NCBI GenBank assembly: GCA_964641355.1
Contig: CAZXND010000002.1
Coordinates: 1,005 to 65,004 of the forward strand
Origin: an uncultured Gammaproteobacteria bacterium
GTDB taxonomy: Bacteria; Patescibacteriota; Microgenomatia; Levybacterales; GWA1-39-11
DNA: 64,000 nucleotides
Reading direction: 5' to 3'
The translations under genes and the position numbers were made by a program. Positions 42,526-52,703 of the stretch are shown piece by piece. Within the stretch, counting starts at the first letter, position 1, and each line of letters opens with the position of its first letter. The notes under the pieces were generated by a model, which saw only the letters and a program-made list of their open reading frames with translations, ran no database searches and was not told where the DNA came from.

Positions 42526-43373
42526 TGGAACATTTCGGGACGTACTATCTTCAAAATATTTTTTTCAACTTTCAGCAGTAGGAAAAGTAAAAATCCTAAA
42601 GTGCCGCTTCCATTCTTCTTATAATAATAAAGCAAGTCATTATAGTAAATATCAAGCTTTTTCCAACCAAGTTTTTTAACACTTGCAGAAACAGTATGAA
42701 TAACTTTCGCATTCCCAAGATGTAGAATTCTATACCCTTTCTTCTTTATTCTGAGACAGAGATCGTTTTCTGTATAATAAAGCAAGAATTTAGAGTCATA
42801 CCCACCAATCTCTCTTAATATTTTCGTTCTAACCATCAAAAATGCGTCACTAGTAACGTCGACATCAAAATCAAAAAGCCTATTCTGTCTTATGTATTTA
42901 TATTTATTAATCAATTTCTTATTTTTTAATCTTTTTCCCAAAATAGATAATTCGTAAAAATCAATCAGTGGAGTTGTAAATTTAGAACCAGTGCTTATTA
43001 TTTTTCCTTCTTCATAAATCTCTAATCCACCAATCGCGCCGATACTACTCTCTTTATCTAACCTATCTACCATCTTCTTTACTGAATTATCTGTAAAATA
43101 TGTATCAGAGTTTAATATTAAAAAATACCTCCCAGAAGCCTTACTCAGAACTTCGTTGTGTGCCTTAGTAAAAAAAAGATTTTTTTTGTTCTCGATTAGT
43201 TTTATTTGTTTAAAATTACTTTTAACCATCTTTACAGATCCATCGCTAGAAGCATTATCAACTACAATAATTTCAAATGCCACGTTTTTGGTGTGTTTAT
43301 AAATAGAGTCAAGACATCTTTTGAGAAGTTCACAAGTGTTGTACGAAACTATAGAAATAGTTACATCAATCAT
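42522..43373 (-). CDS. GT2 glycosyltransferase (WbbL/RfbF-like)
   Basis: IVSYN, VVDNASSDGS, LNSDT, GGYD..FLLYYTENDLC. Confidence 0.9.
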   Translation of the reverse strand: MIDVTISIVSYNTCELLKRCLDSIYKHTKNVAFEIIVVDNASSDGSVKMVKSNFKQIKLIENKKNLFFTKAHNEVLSKASGRYFLILNSDTYFTDNSVKKMVDRLDKESSIGAIGGLEIYEEGKIISTGSKFTTPLIDFYELSILGKRLKNKKLINKYKYIRQNRLFDFDVDVTSDAFLMVRTKILREIGGYDSKFLLYYTENDLCLRIKKKGYRILHLGNAKVIHTVSASVKKLGWKKLDIYYNDLLYYYKKNGSGTLGFLLFLLLKVEKNILKIVRPEMFQ

Positions 43374-44020
43374 TTTGGGTAAGCTTTTATAACCATTTGA
43401 TAGGCAAAAAGATTTGGGAAAAATCTAGATAAGAATTTACTTATCCTAGGATATCCACCACCTACGCTGTCGATCATAAATACATCCATCTTGTATCCAT
43501 TTTTTTCGAAAAGATCTTTAAATGTTTCGGTAGTAAAAAAGTGAAGATGTGTATTATCCAAAATTCCATATTCCTGATACTCAAATTTTCCAAATAACAA
43601 ATTTTTTCTGATCGACCAGTGAGAGATATTGGGAGTAGTTACTATTAAAAAGCCGTCCTTTTTTAATAAACTTCTCCACTTTCTTACCGCCTCAAATGGA
43701 TCTCTTAAGTGTTCTATAAGAGCTGAGGCTAGTATTACATCAAATTTTCCCTTTACACTTTTAATAGTTTTTAAAGTCTCTACGTCCCCTTCAATAACTG
43801 AATCTAGTTTTTTTCTTGCTACTCGAGCTTCATCTTTAGACATTTCAATTCCAACTACGATACATTTTTTATTTTTTTTAAGATATTCACCCATAAATCC
43901 AGTAGCACAACCAATATCAAGAACTCTCGTATTTTCTGGTATTAAAGACGTAGAAAGCCTATCGATACTATTTGGATCAAGTATTTCAGGCTTAAATTTT
44001 ATATTTTTACCGTACTTCAT
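43370..44020 (-). CDS. Class I SAM-dependent methyltransferase (glycan-associated)
   Basis: VLDIGCATG, IEHL.DP, TPN, GILDNTHLHFFT. Confidence 0.9.
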   Translation of the reverse strand: MKYGKNIKFKPEILDPNSIDRLSTSLIPENTRVLDIGCATGFMGEYLKKNKKCIVVGIEMSKDEARVARKKLDSVIEGDVETLKTIKSVKGKFDVILASALIEHLRDPFEAVRKWRSLLKKDGFLIVTTPNISHWSIRKNLLFGKFEYQEYGILDNTHLHFFTTETFKDLFEKNGYKMDVFMIDSVGGGYPRISKFLSRFFPNLFAYQMVIKAYPK

Positions 44021-44023
44021 TGT

Positions 44024-45838
44024 CTAAGGTTTTTTAAATATTCCGATCATCTCAGGTTCATTTCTAAAAACATTTTCTTTATGAGTCTTACTGTATAATA
44101 GTTTAAAACCTGCTCGAGTGAGCAGGGAGTCCATAAATTTTCTATTTGGAATATTTACCCAATGACTTCTTCTAACATCTTTTGCTGGCATTGGAATCGC
44201 AAAAAATAATAGCCCTCCTCGTTTTAAGAGATTGTAACAATTATTCAAAGCAAGAGACAAATCATACATGTGTTCAAAAACATGGAAAGAAAGAATTATG
44301 TCATAGCTATTTTGTTTTAATTTTTGATCCATAAAGTGAATATCGAGTTCTTTAATGTTTTTTCTTTTTGAAAATTCAAGAGCATCATTTCCGATCTCAA
44401 TCCCAGAAATTAAATTTGAGTAATTTTTCTTAAAAAAGTCATAGCTGAAAAATTCACGACATCCTACGTCTAGTATTTTCGCCTTTTTAAAATCAATCTG
44501 TTTGTCATATTTTTTTGTAAAAAAATTCAAATACCTCACAACTGCAGTTTCTATAACTTCCGGAACAAGTGCAAGGGAGTCGCTTTTTTGATCAGCAATG
44601 TATTGTTTATAATCCAGTTCTAAAATTACCTCTAAAAGACTTTTGCCATTTAAATCTAAATTAAAGTATTTCTGTACCTTGTCTCGACTTCTTTTTATAA
44701 ATCTCTCCCTCCTACTGGGATTTACAATAAGCTCTCCCAACTTTTGTGAAATCTTTTTCTCATTAAGAGACCGAAGCAGCACTCCTTCATCATTGTTTAT
44801 TAAGGAGCGTACACCGGAAATATTTGAAGCAATTATTGCCGTGCCAAAAAACATTCCCTCAACGATCACATTTGGTTGACCTTCGTAGCCTTTTTTATTA
44901 GAGTTGGGATATGGCATGAATAGAACCGAAGCATGTAGGTACTTATTAAAAAGTTCTCTACCATAAAGCCCCGTTATTACTGAAACATTTTTTTCAAGTT
45001 TATTTTCAACTATTATTTCCCTTAACTCTTTCAAGTATTCACTATCAATATCAGGCCCAATAATCTCATACTTCCACTTTTCTTTAATATTTTTAGGTAG
45101 TAGTGAAAAAGCCCTAATTCCCAACTCAAAATTTTTTTCCCTGACTACTCTCCCTACTGAAATAATTAAATTTTCTTTACTTTTTTGCTTTTTTTTAAGA
45201 GATTCTTCTACTACTTTATAGTCATTAACGGGAATGCTATTTGGACAATATAGCGCATAAGATGTGATTTTTTTTAATCTGTTAGTAGTATTTCTTTTTT
45301 CCGATAAAATTAATTGAGAATTAAAAAGTAACGTATCATACAAATAAAAACCTTTGATGCTTGGTACAAAAGATAATAAGTTAATTAATAGGTGAATTTT
45401 TGAGTAGAAACTTTTGGGCGTAAGCCTTAGAAAACTTGTAGCGCCAAAGAATAATTTCCCGAAAGATGAAATACTATCATCTGAATCTAATTTCAGCAAA
45501 GTGAGTACATTGTTTTTGTCAGCTAAATCATTAACGAATTTAGAATATGGTCTACCTCTATAGAGAATGACTGCAAAATATTTATCAATGTTTTTTCTGA
45601 GATAGTCTCTAAAACCAGTGTTATCAAGCTGTGGCCAAGAAGAATTGGCTCCAATTCGCACTATTTCTATTCCAGACGTTTGAAATGACAAATCGATGTT
45701 CTTTTTAAGCCTCGCAGTAATAAATTCTACACTAATATCATTTTTTGCAAATAATTGAGCTAAAAGCCCAATGTTCTTATTGATAGATGTCTTATCTAAA
45801 TCGTCAAATATAATAGCCAATTTTCGCTGTGGTTTCAT
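44024..45838 (-). CDS. GT4 glycosyltransferase fused to a C-terminal SAM methyltransferase
   Basis: SVGRVVREKN, EGQPNVIVEG (Ex7E); then ILDVGC, FHVFEH. Confidence 0.85.
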   Translation of the reverse strand: MKPQRKLAIIFDDLDKTSINKNIGLLAQLFAKNDISVEFITARLKKNIDLSFQTSGIEIVRIGANSSWPQLDNTGFRDYLRKNIDKYFAVILYRGRPYSKFVNDLADKNNVLTLLKLDSDDSISSFGKLFFGATSFLRLTPKSFYSKIHLLINLLSFVPSIKGFYLYDTLLFNSQLILSEKRNTTNRLKKITSYALYCPNSIPVNDYKVVEESLKKKQKSKENLIISVGRVVREKNFELGIRAFSLLPKNIKEKWKYEIIGPDIDSEYLKELREIIVENKLEKNVSVITGLYGRELFNKYLHASVLFMPYPNSNKKGYEGQPNVIVEGMFFGTAIIASNISGVRSLINNDEGVLLRSLNEKKISQKLGELIVNPSRRERFIKRSRDKVQKYFNLDLNGKSLLEVILELDYKQYIADQKSDSLALVPEVIETAVVRYLNFFTKKYDKQIDFKKAKILDVGCREFFSYDFFKKNYSNLISGIEIGNDALEFSKRKNIKELDIHFMDQKLKQNSYDIILSFHVFEHMYDLSLALNNCYNLLKRGGLLFFAIPMPAKDVRRSHWVNIPNRKFMDSLLTRAGFKLLYSKTHKENVFRNEPEMIGIFKKP

Positions 45839-45846
45839 TATAAAGT

Positions 45847-47100
45847 TTAGGATTTTTTGTTAATAAAATACAATACAAATGAGAAAAAGCAAAGAAATAT
45901 CACTACTTGAGTTGCAATAGTAGCATAAACGGCCCCTAAAATTTGAAACTTTAAAATAAAAATGATGTTCAAAAGGATATTTAATAAAGCTCCCAGAACT
46001 GATATGTATAGATAAATTTTTTGCTTTCCTAATATTATTAGAACTTTATACAAAAGCGCAGACAAAGAAAGAAAAGGAACAAAAAATATTAGTATACGAA
46101 GTATTGGTATAGCCATGTCATATTTTGCTCCGAATATTAACGGAATTATTACCGGTGAAAAGATAGAAATAAAAATTGTTGTTGGAAAACTCCAAAAACC
46201 AATAGCAATACACGATTTATAAACTGCATTTCTAAATCTTCTTTTATCTTCTATGCCTATTCTCGATAAAGCAGGGTAAACAGCCATAACGAAAGGTACA
46301 TTCAAGAGTTGAATAAGAGAGAATGCAAATGGGCTAGCTGCATTAAAAATTCCTACACTTTTATCTCCCAGCATTCTTCCTAAAATTACAGAGTCAATAT
46401 TTGTATATACAAGAGAAGCAAATGCGGCCATTCCAAGAGGTAATCCCTCAAAAATAAAATACTTTGCTAATTTTTTATCAAATTCTACCTTTGGTAAATC
46501 GTATCTGGCCAAAGATATCCAAGACACGATAACACTCAAGATCGTGCCTACCAGCATTCCCCAAAAAATACCAGGCAGACCCAGTCCTAAATTAAATAAG
46601 ATAAAAGCGCAAAGAAGGAGAAGAATCGTATTAACGGAATTTAAAATTGCTGCAACTCCCATCCTCTCAGTACCTTCAAAGAAAAAAATTGGAGCAGTGC
46701 GAGCAATAGAAAAAAAGAGAGTTAATGAGGCAACAAATATCAAAAAGTCTGTATCTTTATCTGGAATCACCAATCCTCTAACAACAAATACAATTAAAAC
46801 CGTAATAAGCGCAAATAATTGGTTTATTACTAATGAATTTCCTAGATAAATGGTTGCCTTTTTTTTATTTTTTGCAATCTCACGAATTACAATAAGCCCT
46901 ATTCCAAGATCTGGTAAAAAGGCGAAAATACCAATGAACGAATTTACTAAATTATATTTTCCGTATTCCTCAACGCTTAAAGAATGTGCTAAAAAAACAA
47001 CCCAAATAACCCCGATAAACTTTAAAAAAATTTCTGAGAATGCAAGGAATATAGTATTCTTAAAAACGAGACCAAAATTATTACGTTGAAAAAAATGCAT
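45847..47100 (-). CDS. Wzx-like polysaccharide flippase
   Basis: About 12 TM segments; YG.Y, DLG...IREIA, ID.VILG, GAVYAT. Confidence 0.88.
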   Translation of the reverse strand: MHFFQRNNFGLVFKNTIFLAFSEIFLKFIGVIWVVFLAHSLSVEEYGKYNLVNSFIGIFAFLPDLGIGLIVIREIAKNKKKATIYLGNSLVINQLFALITVLIVFVVRGLVIPDKDTDFLIFVASLTLFFSIARTAPIFFFEGTERMGVAAILNSVNTILLLLCAFILFNLGLGLPGIFWGMLVGTILSVIVSWISLARYDLPKVEFDKKLAKYFIFEGLPLGMAAFASLVYTNIDSVILGRMLGDKSVGIFNAASPFAFSLIQLLNVPFVMAVYPALSRIGIEDKRRFRNAVYKSCIAIGFWSFPTTIFISIFSPVIIPLIFGAKYDMAIPILRILIFFVPFLSLSALLYKVLIILGKQKIYLYISVLGALLNILLNIIFILKFQILGAVYATIATQVVIFLCFFSFVLYFINKKS

Positions 47101-47105
47101 AAACT

Positions 47106-48224
47106 TCAGATCTTAAACTTATTCACCTTTTCAACTATGTATTCTTGATCTTTTTCGGATAAATCTGGAAAAATAGGAAGAAGAAGTATTTCCTTCCATA
47201 CTCTTTCAGTTACAGGTACGTCTGCCCTATAATCAGAATAAAGTTTGTAATGGTTTGTTGGTTCATAATGAACACTTGTTGCTATTCCATTATGTGCTAG
47301 ATAGTCAGAAAGTCTATCTCTTATTTTTGAAGAAACCTTAATTACATAATTATGATGGGAACTCTGAGCATAATTTTTTACAACAGGGGTTTCTATCCAT
47401 GAAGTTTTAGCAAACAACTTGTTATAAATCTCAAAAACTTTCTTCCTTTTTTCATTGTTTTTTTTAAGCTTAGCTAGTTGAACGAGTCCAATTGCGGCAG
47501 AAATATCATTCATTTGATATTTGTAGCCAGTTGTTACAACATTATACCTCCATTTAAGCTTTTTTGACTTTGATCGTGCCCAAGTACTTTGAGATATCCC
47601 AGACCATGCGAGAATACGCGAATCATCAATAGTTTTTTTATTTCTTCCAACCAACATTCCTCCATCACCTGTGGTTAAATTTTTAATGGCAGCAAAAGAA
47701 AAAGTAGCAAGATCACCAAAACTACCTACATGTTTGTTTTTATAATACGACCCTGTTGCATGGGCACAATCCTCAATAAGCGTTATTTTTTTATCACGAC
47801 ATAACTTAATAAGAGGAGAGAGATCAACAGGATGTCCTCCATAATGAACAACGATTATTACTTTTGTCTTTTTGGTTATTTTTCTTCCTATATCATTTAC
47901 ATCTGCACATAAATTATCTCTATCCACGTCGCAAAAAACAGGGGTGGCTCCCACCATCAGAATCGGATGGTTTGTTGCTACAAAAGTTAACGCGGGAGTA
48001 ATAACTTCATCACCAGGTGCAAGGTTACATGCAAGAAGTGCAAGGTGAAGAGCTGCAGTAGCAGAGTTTGTTGCAAGAACATTTTTTGCACCAATAAATT
48101 TCGTGAATTTTTTCTCAAACTCAAGCGTTTTAGGTCCCTGACCAATCCAATTTGATTTAATTACTTCACCAACAGCATTTATTTCATCCTCACCCATGCT
48201 TGGCTTAAACACTGGAATCATCAT
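47106..48224 (-). CDS. DegT/DnrJ/EryC1/StrS sugar aminotransferase
   Basis: NSATAALHLA, IEDCAHA, FSF..KNLTTGDGG, GYKYQM. Confidence 0.93.
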   Translation of the reverse strand: MMIPVFKPSMGEDEINAVGEVIKSNWIGQGPKTLEFEKKFTKFIGAKNVLATNSATAALHLALLACNLAPGDEVITPALTFVATNHPILMVGATPVFCDVDRDNLCADVNDIGRKITKKTKVIIVVHYGGHPVDLSPLIKLCRDKKITLIEDCAHATGSYYKNKHVGSFGDLATFSFAAIKNLTTGDGGMLVGRNKKTIDDSRILAWSGISQSTWARSKSKKLKWRYNVVTTGYKYQMNDISAAIGLVQLAKLKKNNEKRKKVFEIYNKLFAKTSWIETPVVKNYAQSSHHNYVIKVSSKIRDRLSDYLAHNGIATSVHYEPTNHYKLYSDYRADVPVTERVWKEILLLPIFPDLSEKDQEYIVEKVNKFKI

Positions 48225-48238
48225 CAAGATTATATCAT

Positions 48239-49153
48239 CTAAAATCTTTTTATGAGAGCGTAAGTTGTGCCTAAAAGAACTGCAAAATCAGAGGTAATTT
48301 GAATCATGGGTAAATAGAGAATAGATAATATATTTTTTACAAACTTGAAATTTTTTATATATATCCATAACAGGTAAACAAAGACATATGTCAACAGAAG
48401 AGATCCGAAAAACAATTTCTCTTTGAAAAATAAAAAGAAGGTAATCAAGAAAATAAAATATCTAATAAATATGAGAAACACCTTAGGCCTAAAAATATTA
48501 GCATAAACATCACCTACGGCAAAATTAAAAAACATCAAAAACGATTCGACTATGTTTTTTCTCGGTACCCAACCAACAATTGCTCTTTTGGATACTGCTA
48601 TCCTAACTCCTGCTTTCTTCATCTTTCTTGCAAAATAGTAATCCTCACTATAGTTAAGTTTTTCCGGAAATCCTCCCAATAACTCAAATGTTTCTCTTCT
48701 TATTGCCATCGAACGAGAAGAAGGCAAAAATCCGTCTTTTGGATTGGAGACCAAAACATAAGGAGTAAGACAGGCTTCAAAAGTTGTCTCTGGTAACCCT
48801 TTATAAAAACCAGCTACGACCTTTATTTTCTTATCTTTTAAAGGGCTGGTGATTTCTCTTAACCAATTACGATCAAGGATACAACCAGCATCAGAAATTG
48901 CAATCACGCTACCTGTAGATTCATAAATAGCCTTATTTCTACCAATTGATCTATTTCCCTTAACCCTAAGCAATTTAAACGAAACACCTTTTGGGGACTT
49001 GAACTTTTTAAGCAATTTCCAAGTTCCATCAGTAGAATCAGCATCTGTAATTACTATTTCATTTGGAAGCTTTGATTGAGAGATAACGGATTCAAGAAAC
49101 GGGATAAGTGTATTTCTTTCATTATAAACAGTAGCTATAAAACTAACTTTCAT
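48239..49153 (-). CDS. GT2 glycosyltransferase
   Basis: TVYNE, DADSTDGT, GRN, SDAG, GGF..SEDY; C-terminal TM segments. Confidence 0.88.
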   Translation of the reverse strand: MKVSFIATVYNERNTLIPFLESVISQSKLPNEIVITDADSTDGTWKLLKKFKSPKGVSFKLLRVKGNRSIGRNKAIYESTGSVIAISDAGCILDRNWLREITSPLKDKKIKVVAGFYKGLPETTFEACLTPYVLVSNPKDGFLPSSRSMAIRRETFELLGGFPEKLNYSEDYYFARKMKKAGVRIAVSKRAIVGWVPRKNIVESFLMFFNFAVGDVYANIFRPKVFLIFIRYFIFLITFFLFFKEKLFFGSLLLTYVFVYLLWIYIKNFKFVKNILSILYLPMIQITSDFAVLLGTTYALIKRF

Positions 49154-50267
49154 TCACTTCTACCTTCCACAATTTTAAATAACTTTTAACAAGTGATCCC
49201 CAAGTTTGCTTTTTTGCCCAATGATATCCCAAATCTGACTTCTCATCAAAACTATTAGGGTTATAACGTAGTAATTTATTTAAAAGTTCGCTCGGGGAAT
49301 TTGATACATCAATAAAACCATTAAAAGGTGAACTCAAGAGATAGTCTTTTCTTACAGGATCACTGTATAAAGAAAATATTCTTTTTTTACATATTAGAGC
49401 CTCTAGCATAGATAAATAAGACGAAGAAAAAACAAGATTTGAGTTATTGAGTAATTTTTTTAATCTTTCTCTTTGAGTAATAACATTACCCACAATTTTA
49501 GCTTTTTTCTTCATAGATCCGTCACCGAACAGATTGAATATAATTTTTACTCTCTTTTTACGAAGTTTTCTTATAACCTTGATGTAACTTGACAACGAAT
49601 TTATCTCTTCAAGTCTACCTATAAAAAGTATGTTTAGTGAACTCGTACTTTTCACGGTTTTTTTAACATTACTAGTTTTTAATTCTGACTCTTCAACTCC
49701 TCCATATGTCGTGAGATCTGATTTTACTCCATACCATTTTTCCAGATATCTTCCGACATTTATCGATCCGTCTGATAATAAATGAGACACTTTTCTCACA
49801 ATTTTTGACTTAAAAGATATAGGATATCCTTCATATCCATGAGAAGTTAAGTAAAACTTCTTAGAGAAGAGAATAATTCTAAGTGGCCAAACCCAAATAA
49901 ACACATCATGAACATGTATGACATCATAATTTTTTATTACGTTTATCATAACTAGCAACTTATACCATATAACAAACTTTTTGAAGAATCCGTCACTACC
50001 AAATTCAAGGTAAATTAGCTTTATGTTTTCGTTTTTTTTTCGCATAAAAAAGCTTGATTTGACGGCCTTTTTTTTTACTTTAGCTTCGCTAGCACTCAAT
50101 GAGCTTGTCTGATAAGCATCTTGGATTAATATTTCGTTTGTCCTTGAGCTTTCTGTAAGGATTGTTACTTCGTGTTGTCTTGCAAGTATTTTTGAAATTT
50201 CCAATACATGTCGTTCAACTCCACCCCTATTTAAGGTTATATTAGGTGTAATAAACAAAATCTTCAT
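49143..50267 (-). CDS. GT4 glycosyltransferase
   Basis: GGVERHV, DVIHVHD, FIGRLE, YLSMLEAL. Confidence 0.85.
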   Translation of the reverse strand: MKILFITPNITLNRGGVERHVLEISKILARQHEVTILTESSRTNEILIQDAYQTSSLSASEAKVKKKAVKSSFFMRKKNENIKLIYLEFGSDGFFKKFVIWYKLLVMINVIKNYDVIHVHDVFIWVWPLRIILFSKKFYLTSHGYEGYPISFKSKIVRKVSHLLSDGSINVGRYLEKWYGVKSDLTTYGGVEESELKTSNVKKTVKSTSSLNILFIGRLEEINSLSSYIKVIRKLRKKRVKIIFNLFGDGSMKKKAKIVGNVITQRERLKKLLNNSNLVFSSSYLSMLEALICKKRIFSLYSDPVRKDYLLSSPFNGFIDVSNSPSELLNKLLRYNPNSFDEKSDLGYHWAKKQTWGSLVKSYLKLWKVEVNES

Positions 50268-50333
50268 TTTTATTGCTATAGGCTTCTATTTTTCCGAAAT
50301 AAACTATACATAAATATAGCTTGTCATCTCTTG

Positions 50334-50407
50334 TGGACTTGGAGGGACTCGAACCCCCGACCTCTTCGATGTGAACGAAGCGCTCTAACCAACTGAGCTA
50401 CAAATCC
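50334..50407 (-). tRNA. tRNA-Val (anticodon CAC), CCA not encoded
   Basis: Acceptor GGATTTG/CAAGTCC; anticodon arm CTTCG-TTCACAT-CGAAG; GGTTCGAGTCC; discriminator A. Confidence 0.95.
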
Positions 50408-50591
50408 TAATACTATCAGTCAAAGACTATGTCTGATAAGTAGCAGTCAAAAAAAATTCTACTTTTCACGATTTTTTAACACTTATTAACACACTTATAA
50501 AGAGCACAAAAGTGCAACAATTCTATCAAATCCGAAGATTGTTTTCCATCTGATTGACAAAAACAAGAAAAACAGTCAAAATTATACCTAC

Positions 50592-51158
50592 ATGAGCCCC
50601 GTTAGAAAATTTTATTCGCTTCTTTTGGATCTTGTTGAAACACTTGTCATAGCTGGAGCGATATTTGTAGTTGTTTACGCTTTTCTTTTCAGACCATTTC
50701 AAGTTAGTGGTCAATCTATGTTTCCAACTTTTAAAAACGGTGAATATGTTTTAACAAATATAATTGCCCTCAAAATCGGAAAAATTAGCCGTGGAGATGT
50801 CATCGTATTTAAATCACCCATAGATAAAGAAAAAGACTATATTAAACGTGTTATTGGTTTGCCTGGGGATACCGTTTCTCTTAGTGAAGGAAAAGTTTTT
50901 CTAAACAATCAATCATTAGATGAATCCCCGTACCTTTCTCCAGGCTACAATACCGGAGGAGGAGCATTTTTGGATGAAGGAGGGGAAATAACTGTACCTA
51001 CAGATTCCTACTTCGTTATGGGGGATAATAGAGATTTTAGTTCTGATTCCCGAGAATGGGGAATCGTTACAAAAGACAAATTAATAGGAAAGTCACTTTT
51101 TGTATACTGGCCATTAACAGCATTTAGAATAGTTGGACATGTAAAATACAACGAATAG
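50592..51158 (+). CDS. lepB: Signal peptidase I
   Basis: VSGQSMFPT, YIKRVIGLPGD, MGDNRDFSSDSR. Confidence 0.95.
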   Translation: MSPVRKFYSLLLDLVETLVIAGAIFVVVYAFLFRPFQVSGQSMFPTFKNGEYVLTNIIALKIGKISRGDVIVFKSPIDKEKDYIKRVIGLPGDTVSLSEGKVFLNNQSLDESPYLSPGYNTGGGAFLDEGGEITVPTDSYFVMGDNRDFSSDSREWGIVTKDKLIGKSLFVYWPLTAFRIVGHVKYNE

Positions 51159-51167
51159 AATAGAAAA

Positions 51168-51986
51168 CTATGAGGTCATTAATTTATCGTAAAGTTCTTT
51201 AAGCTTTTTCGAGGTTATTTCTTCATCACCCTTAACTACTATCGTAAGTCTCCCGAGTGCTCTAGATTGGAAAAAGTCGGCTTTTTGATAGCCATATTTT
51301 TCGCGAAGTGCCTTTGACATATCTTCCTGCTCAGGGATATATATTTTATCCCCTCTTTTTTGGGGTTCTTTCTTCTGAACCTCAGATTTTACCTGTCTTG
51401 CTACCTCTTCAGCACCTCTAACGCTTATACCCTCAATTAGAATACGCTTGAAAGCCGCTAGCATGAGCTTGTGGTCGCCAATTGATACCAAAGGCCTAAC
51501 ATGTCCCTCTGTTATAACACCAGCCGCTAAAGCGTCTTTTATAGCGTCTGGAAGAGTTAATAGTCTTATACTATTGGAAATATATGGGAGGCTTTTTCCA
51601 ACTCTCTTAGCTACCTCGGTAACAGACATTCCAAACTCATCTATGAGCCTCTTATATGCCTGAGCCCTCTCAATAGGATTAAGGTCTTCTCTTTGTACAT
51701 TCTCAACAATTGACATTTCGAGCATTCCCTGGGGAGAAGTTTCCTTAACAACTACCGGCACTTTTTCGAGTCCTAGAACCTTTGATGCACGCCATCTTCT
51801 TTCACCTGCAATTATTTGAAATCCTGCTGGAGTTTTAGCTACAACTAGAGGCTCTAAAATACCTTGCTCACGAATTGAATTTACGAGATCACTTAGAGAT
51901 TCAGGAGAAATAAGTCCTCTTGGCTGAAGAGGATTGGGCTGGAGAAGGTTTAATTCGAGCTCAACAATCCTTTTATCGTCGTCCAT
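51168..51986 (-). CDS. parB: ParB/Spo0J partition protein
   Basis: PNPLQPR, IIAGERRWRA, ENVQREDLNPIE, HTH region. Confidence 0.93.
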   Translation of the reverse strand: MDDDKRIVELELNLLQPNPLQPRGLISPESLSDLVNSIREQGILEPLVVAKTPAGFQIIAGERRWRASKVLGLEKVPVVVKETSPQGMLEMSIVENVQREDLNPIERAQAYKRLIDEFGMSVTEVAKRVGKSLPYISNSIRLLTLPDAIKDALAAGVITEGHVRPLVSIGDHKLMLAAFKRILIEGISVRGAEEVARQVKSEVQKKEPQKRGDKIYIPEQEDMSKALREKYGYQKADFFQSRALGRLTIVVKGDEEITSKKLKELYDKLMTS

Positions 51987-52008
51987 CTTATAAAACTATC
52001 AAAAAAAC

Positions 52009-52254
52009 TTAGTTAACTTCTACGTATTTTTTGCCTCGGAGTGTTTTAAATCCGACAATTCCTGCTTTTACAGCAAAAATAGTGAAATCACGGCCAATTT
52101 CCGTTCCTTTACCAGCAAAAAATTTATTCCCCTTTTGTCTTACAATGATATTTCCTGCAATAACCTTTGCACCACCGAAAACCTTAACACCAAGTCTTTT
52201 GGATATGGAGTCTCTATTTCCTTTTACTGCTCCCTGGGATTTTGTATGTGCCAT
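52009..52254 (-). CDS. rpmA: 50S ribosomal protein L27
   Basis: MAHTK..G...NRDS.SKRLGVK, GNIIVRQKG. Confidence 0.96.
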   Translation of the reverse strand: MAHTKSQGAVKGNRDSISKRLGVKVFGGAKVIAGNIIVRQKGNKFFAGKGTEIGRDFTIFAVKAGIVGFKTLRGKKYVEVN

Positions 52255-52286
52255 TTAAATTACCTCAAAAACTTTTCACGAGTATT

Positions 52287-52679
52287 CTAAGACTTTTTTT
52301 GAGTCTTTGCAACCCTCGTTTTTTGTACTTCTTTCTCTTCTTTTTTAGCCTCTTTTTTGATTGTACCTGCTTCGATTGTCTCTATTTGAATTCTTGAGAT
52401 TGCTTGTCTGTGACCATGTCTTGTTCGATGGCGTGATTTAGCCATGTATCTTAAGACATTAATCTTTTCTCCTTTTGCTTGCTCAAGAAGTTTTGCTTTT
52501 ACTATAACATTATCAAGATAAGGCATACCGATTTCTGCTTTACCCTCGTTTACATATAAGAGTACCTTATCAAAAGATAGTTTATCATCAATAGCACCCT
52601 CCACTCTCTCTACTTCAAGAGTGCCTCCAGGTACTACCCGGTATTGCTTTCCGCCTGTTTCTATAATTGCATAATTCAT
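52287..52679 (-). CDS. rplU: 50S ribosomal protein L21 with Lys-rich C-terminal extension
   Basis: YAIIETGGKQYRV, GHRQ. Confidence 0.95.
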   Translation of the reverse strand: MNYAIIETGGKQYRVVPGGTLEVERVEGAIDDKLSFDKVLLYVNEGKAEIGMPYLDNVIVKAKLLEQAKGEKINVLRYMAKSRHRTRHGHRQAISRIQIETIEAGTIKKEAKKEEKEVQKTRVAKTQKKS

Positions 52680-52703
52680 GAAGTCATTATTTTAACAAAT
52701 AAT

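Noticed and set aside
50030-50110. Homopolymer tracts and an apparent loop insertion in the GT4 gene as phase variation
   Set aside because: A8-A9 runs are common throughout this AT-rich window and the frame is intact.
50408-52300. parS site or replication origin near parB
   Set aside because: No TGTTTCACGTGAAACA-like palindrome or DnaA-box cluster seen; only partial TTTTCACG matches.
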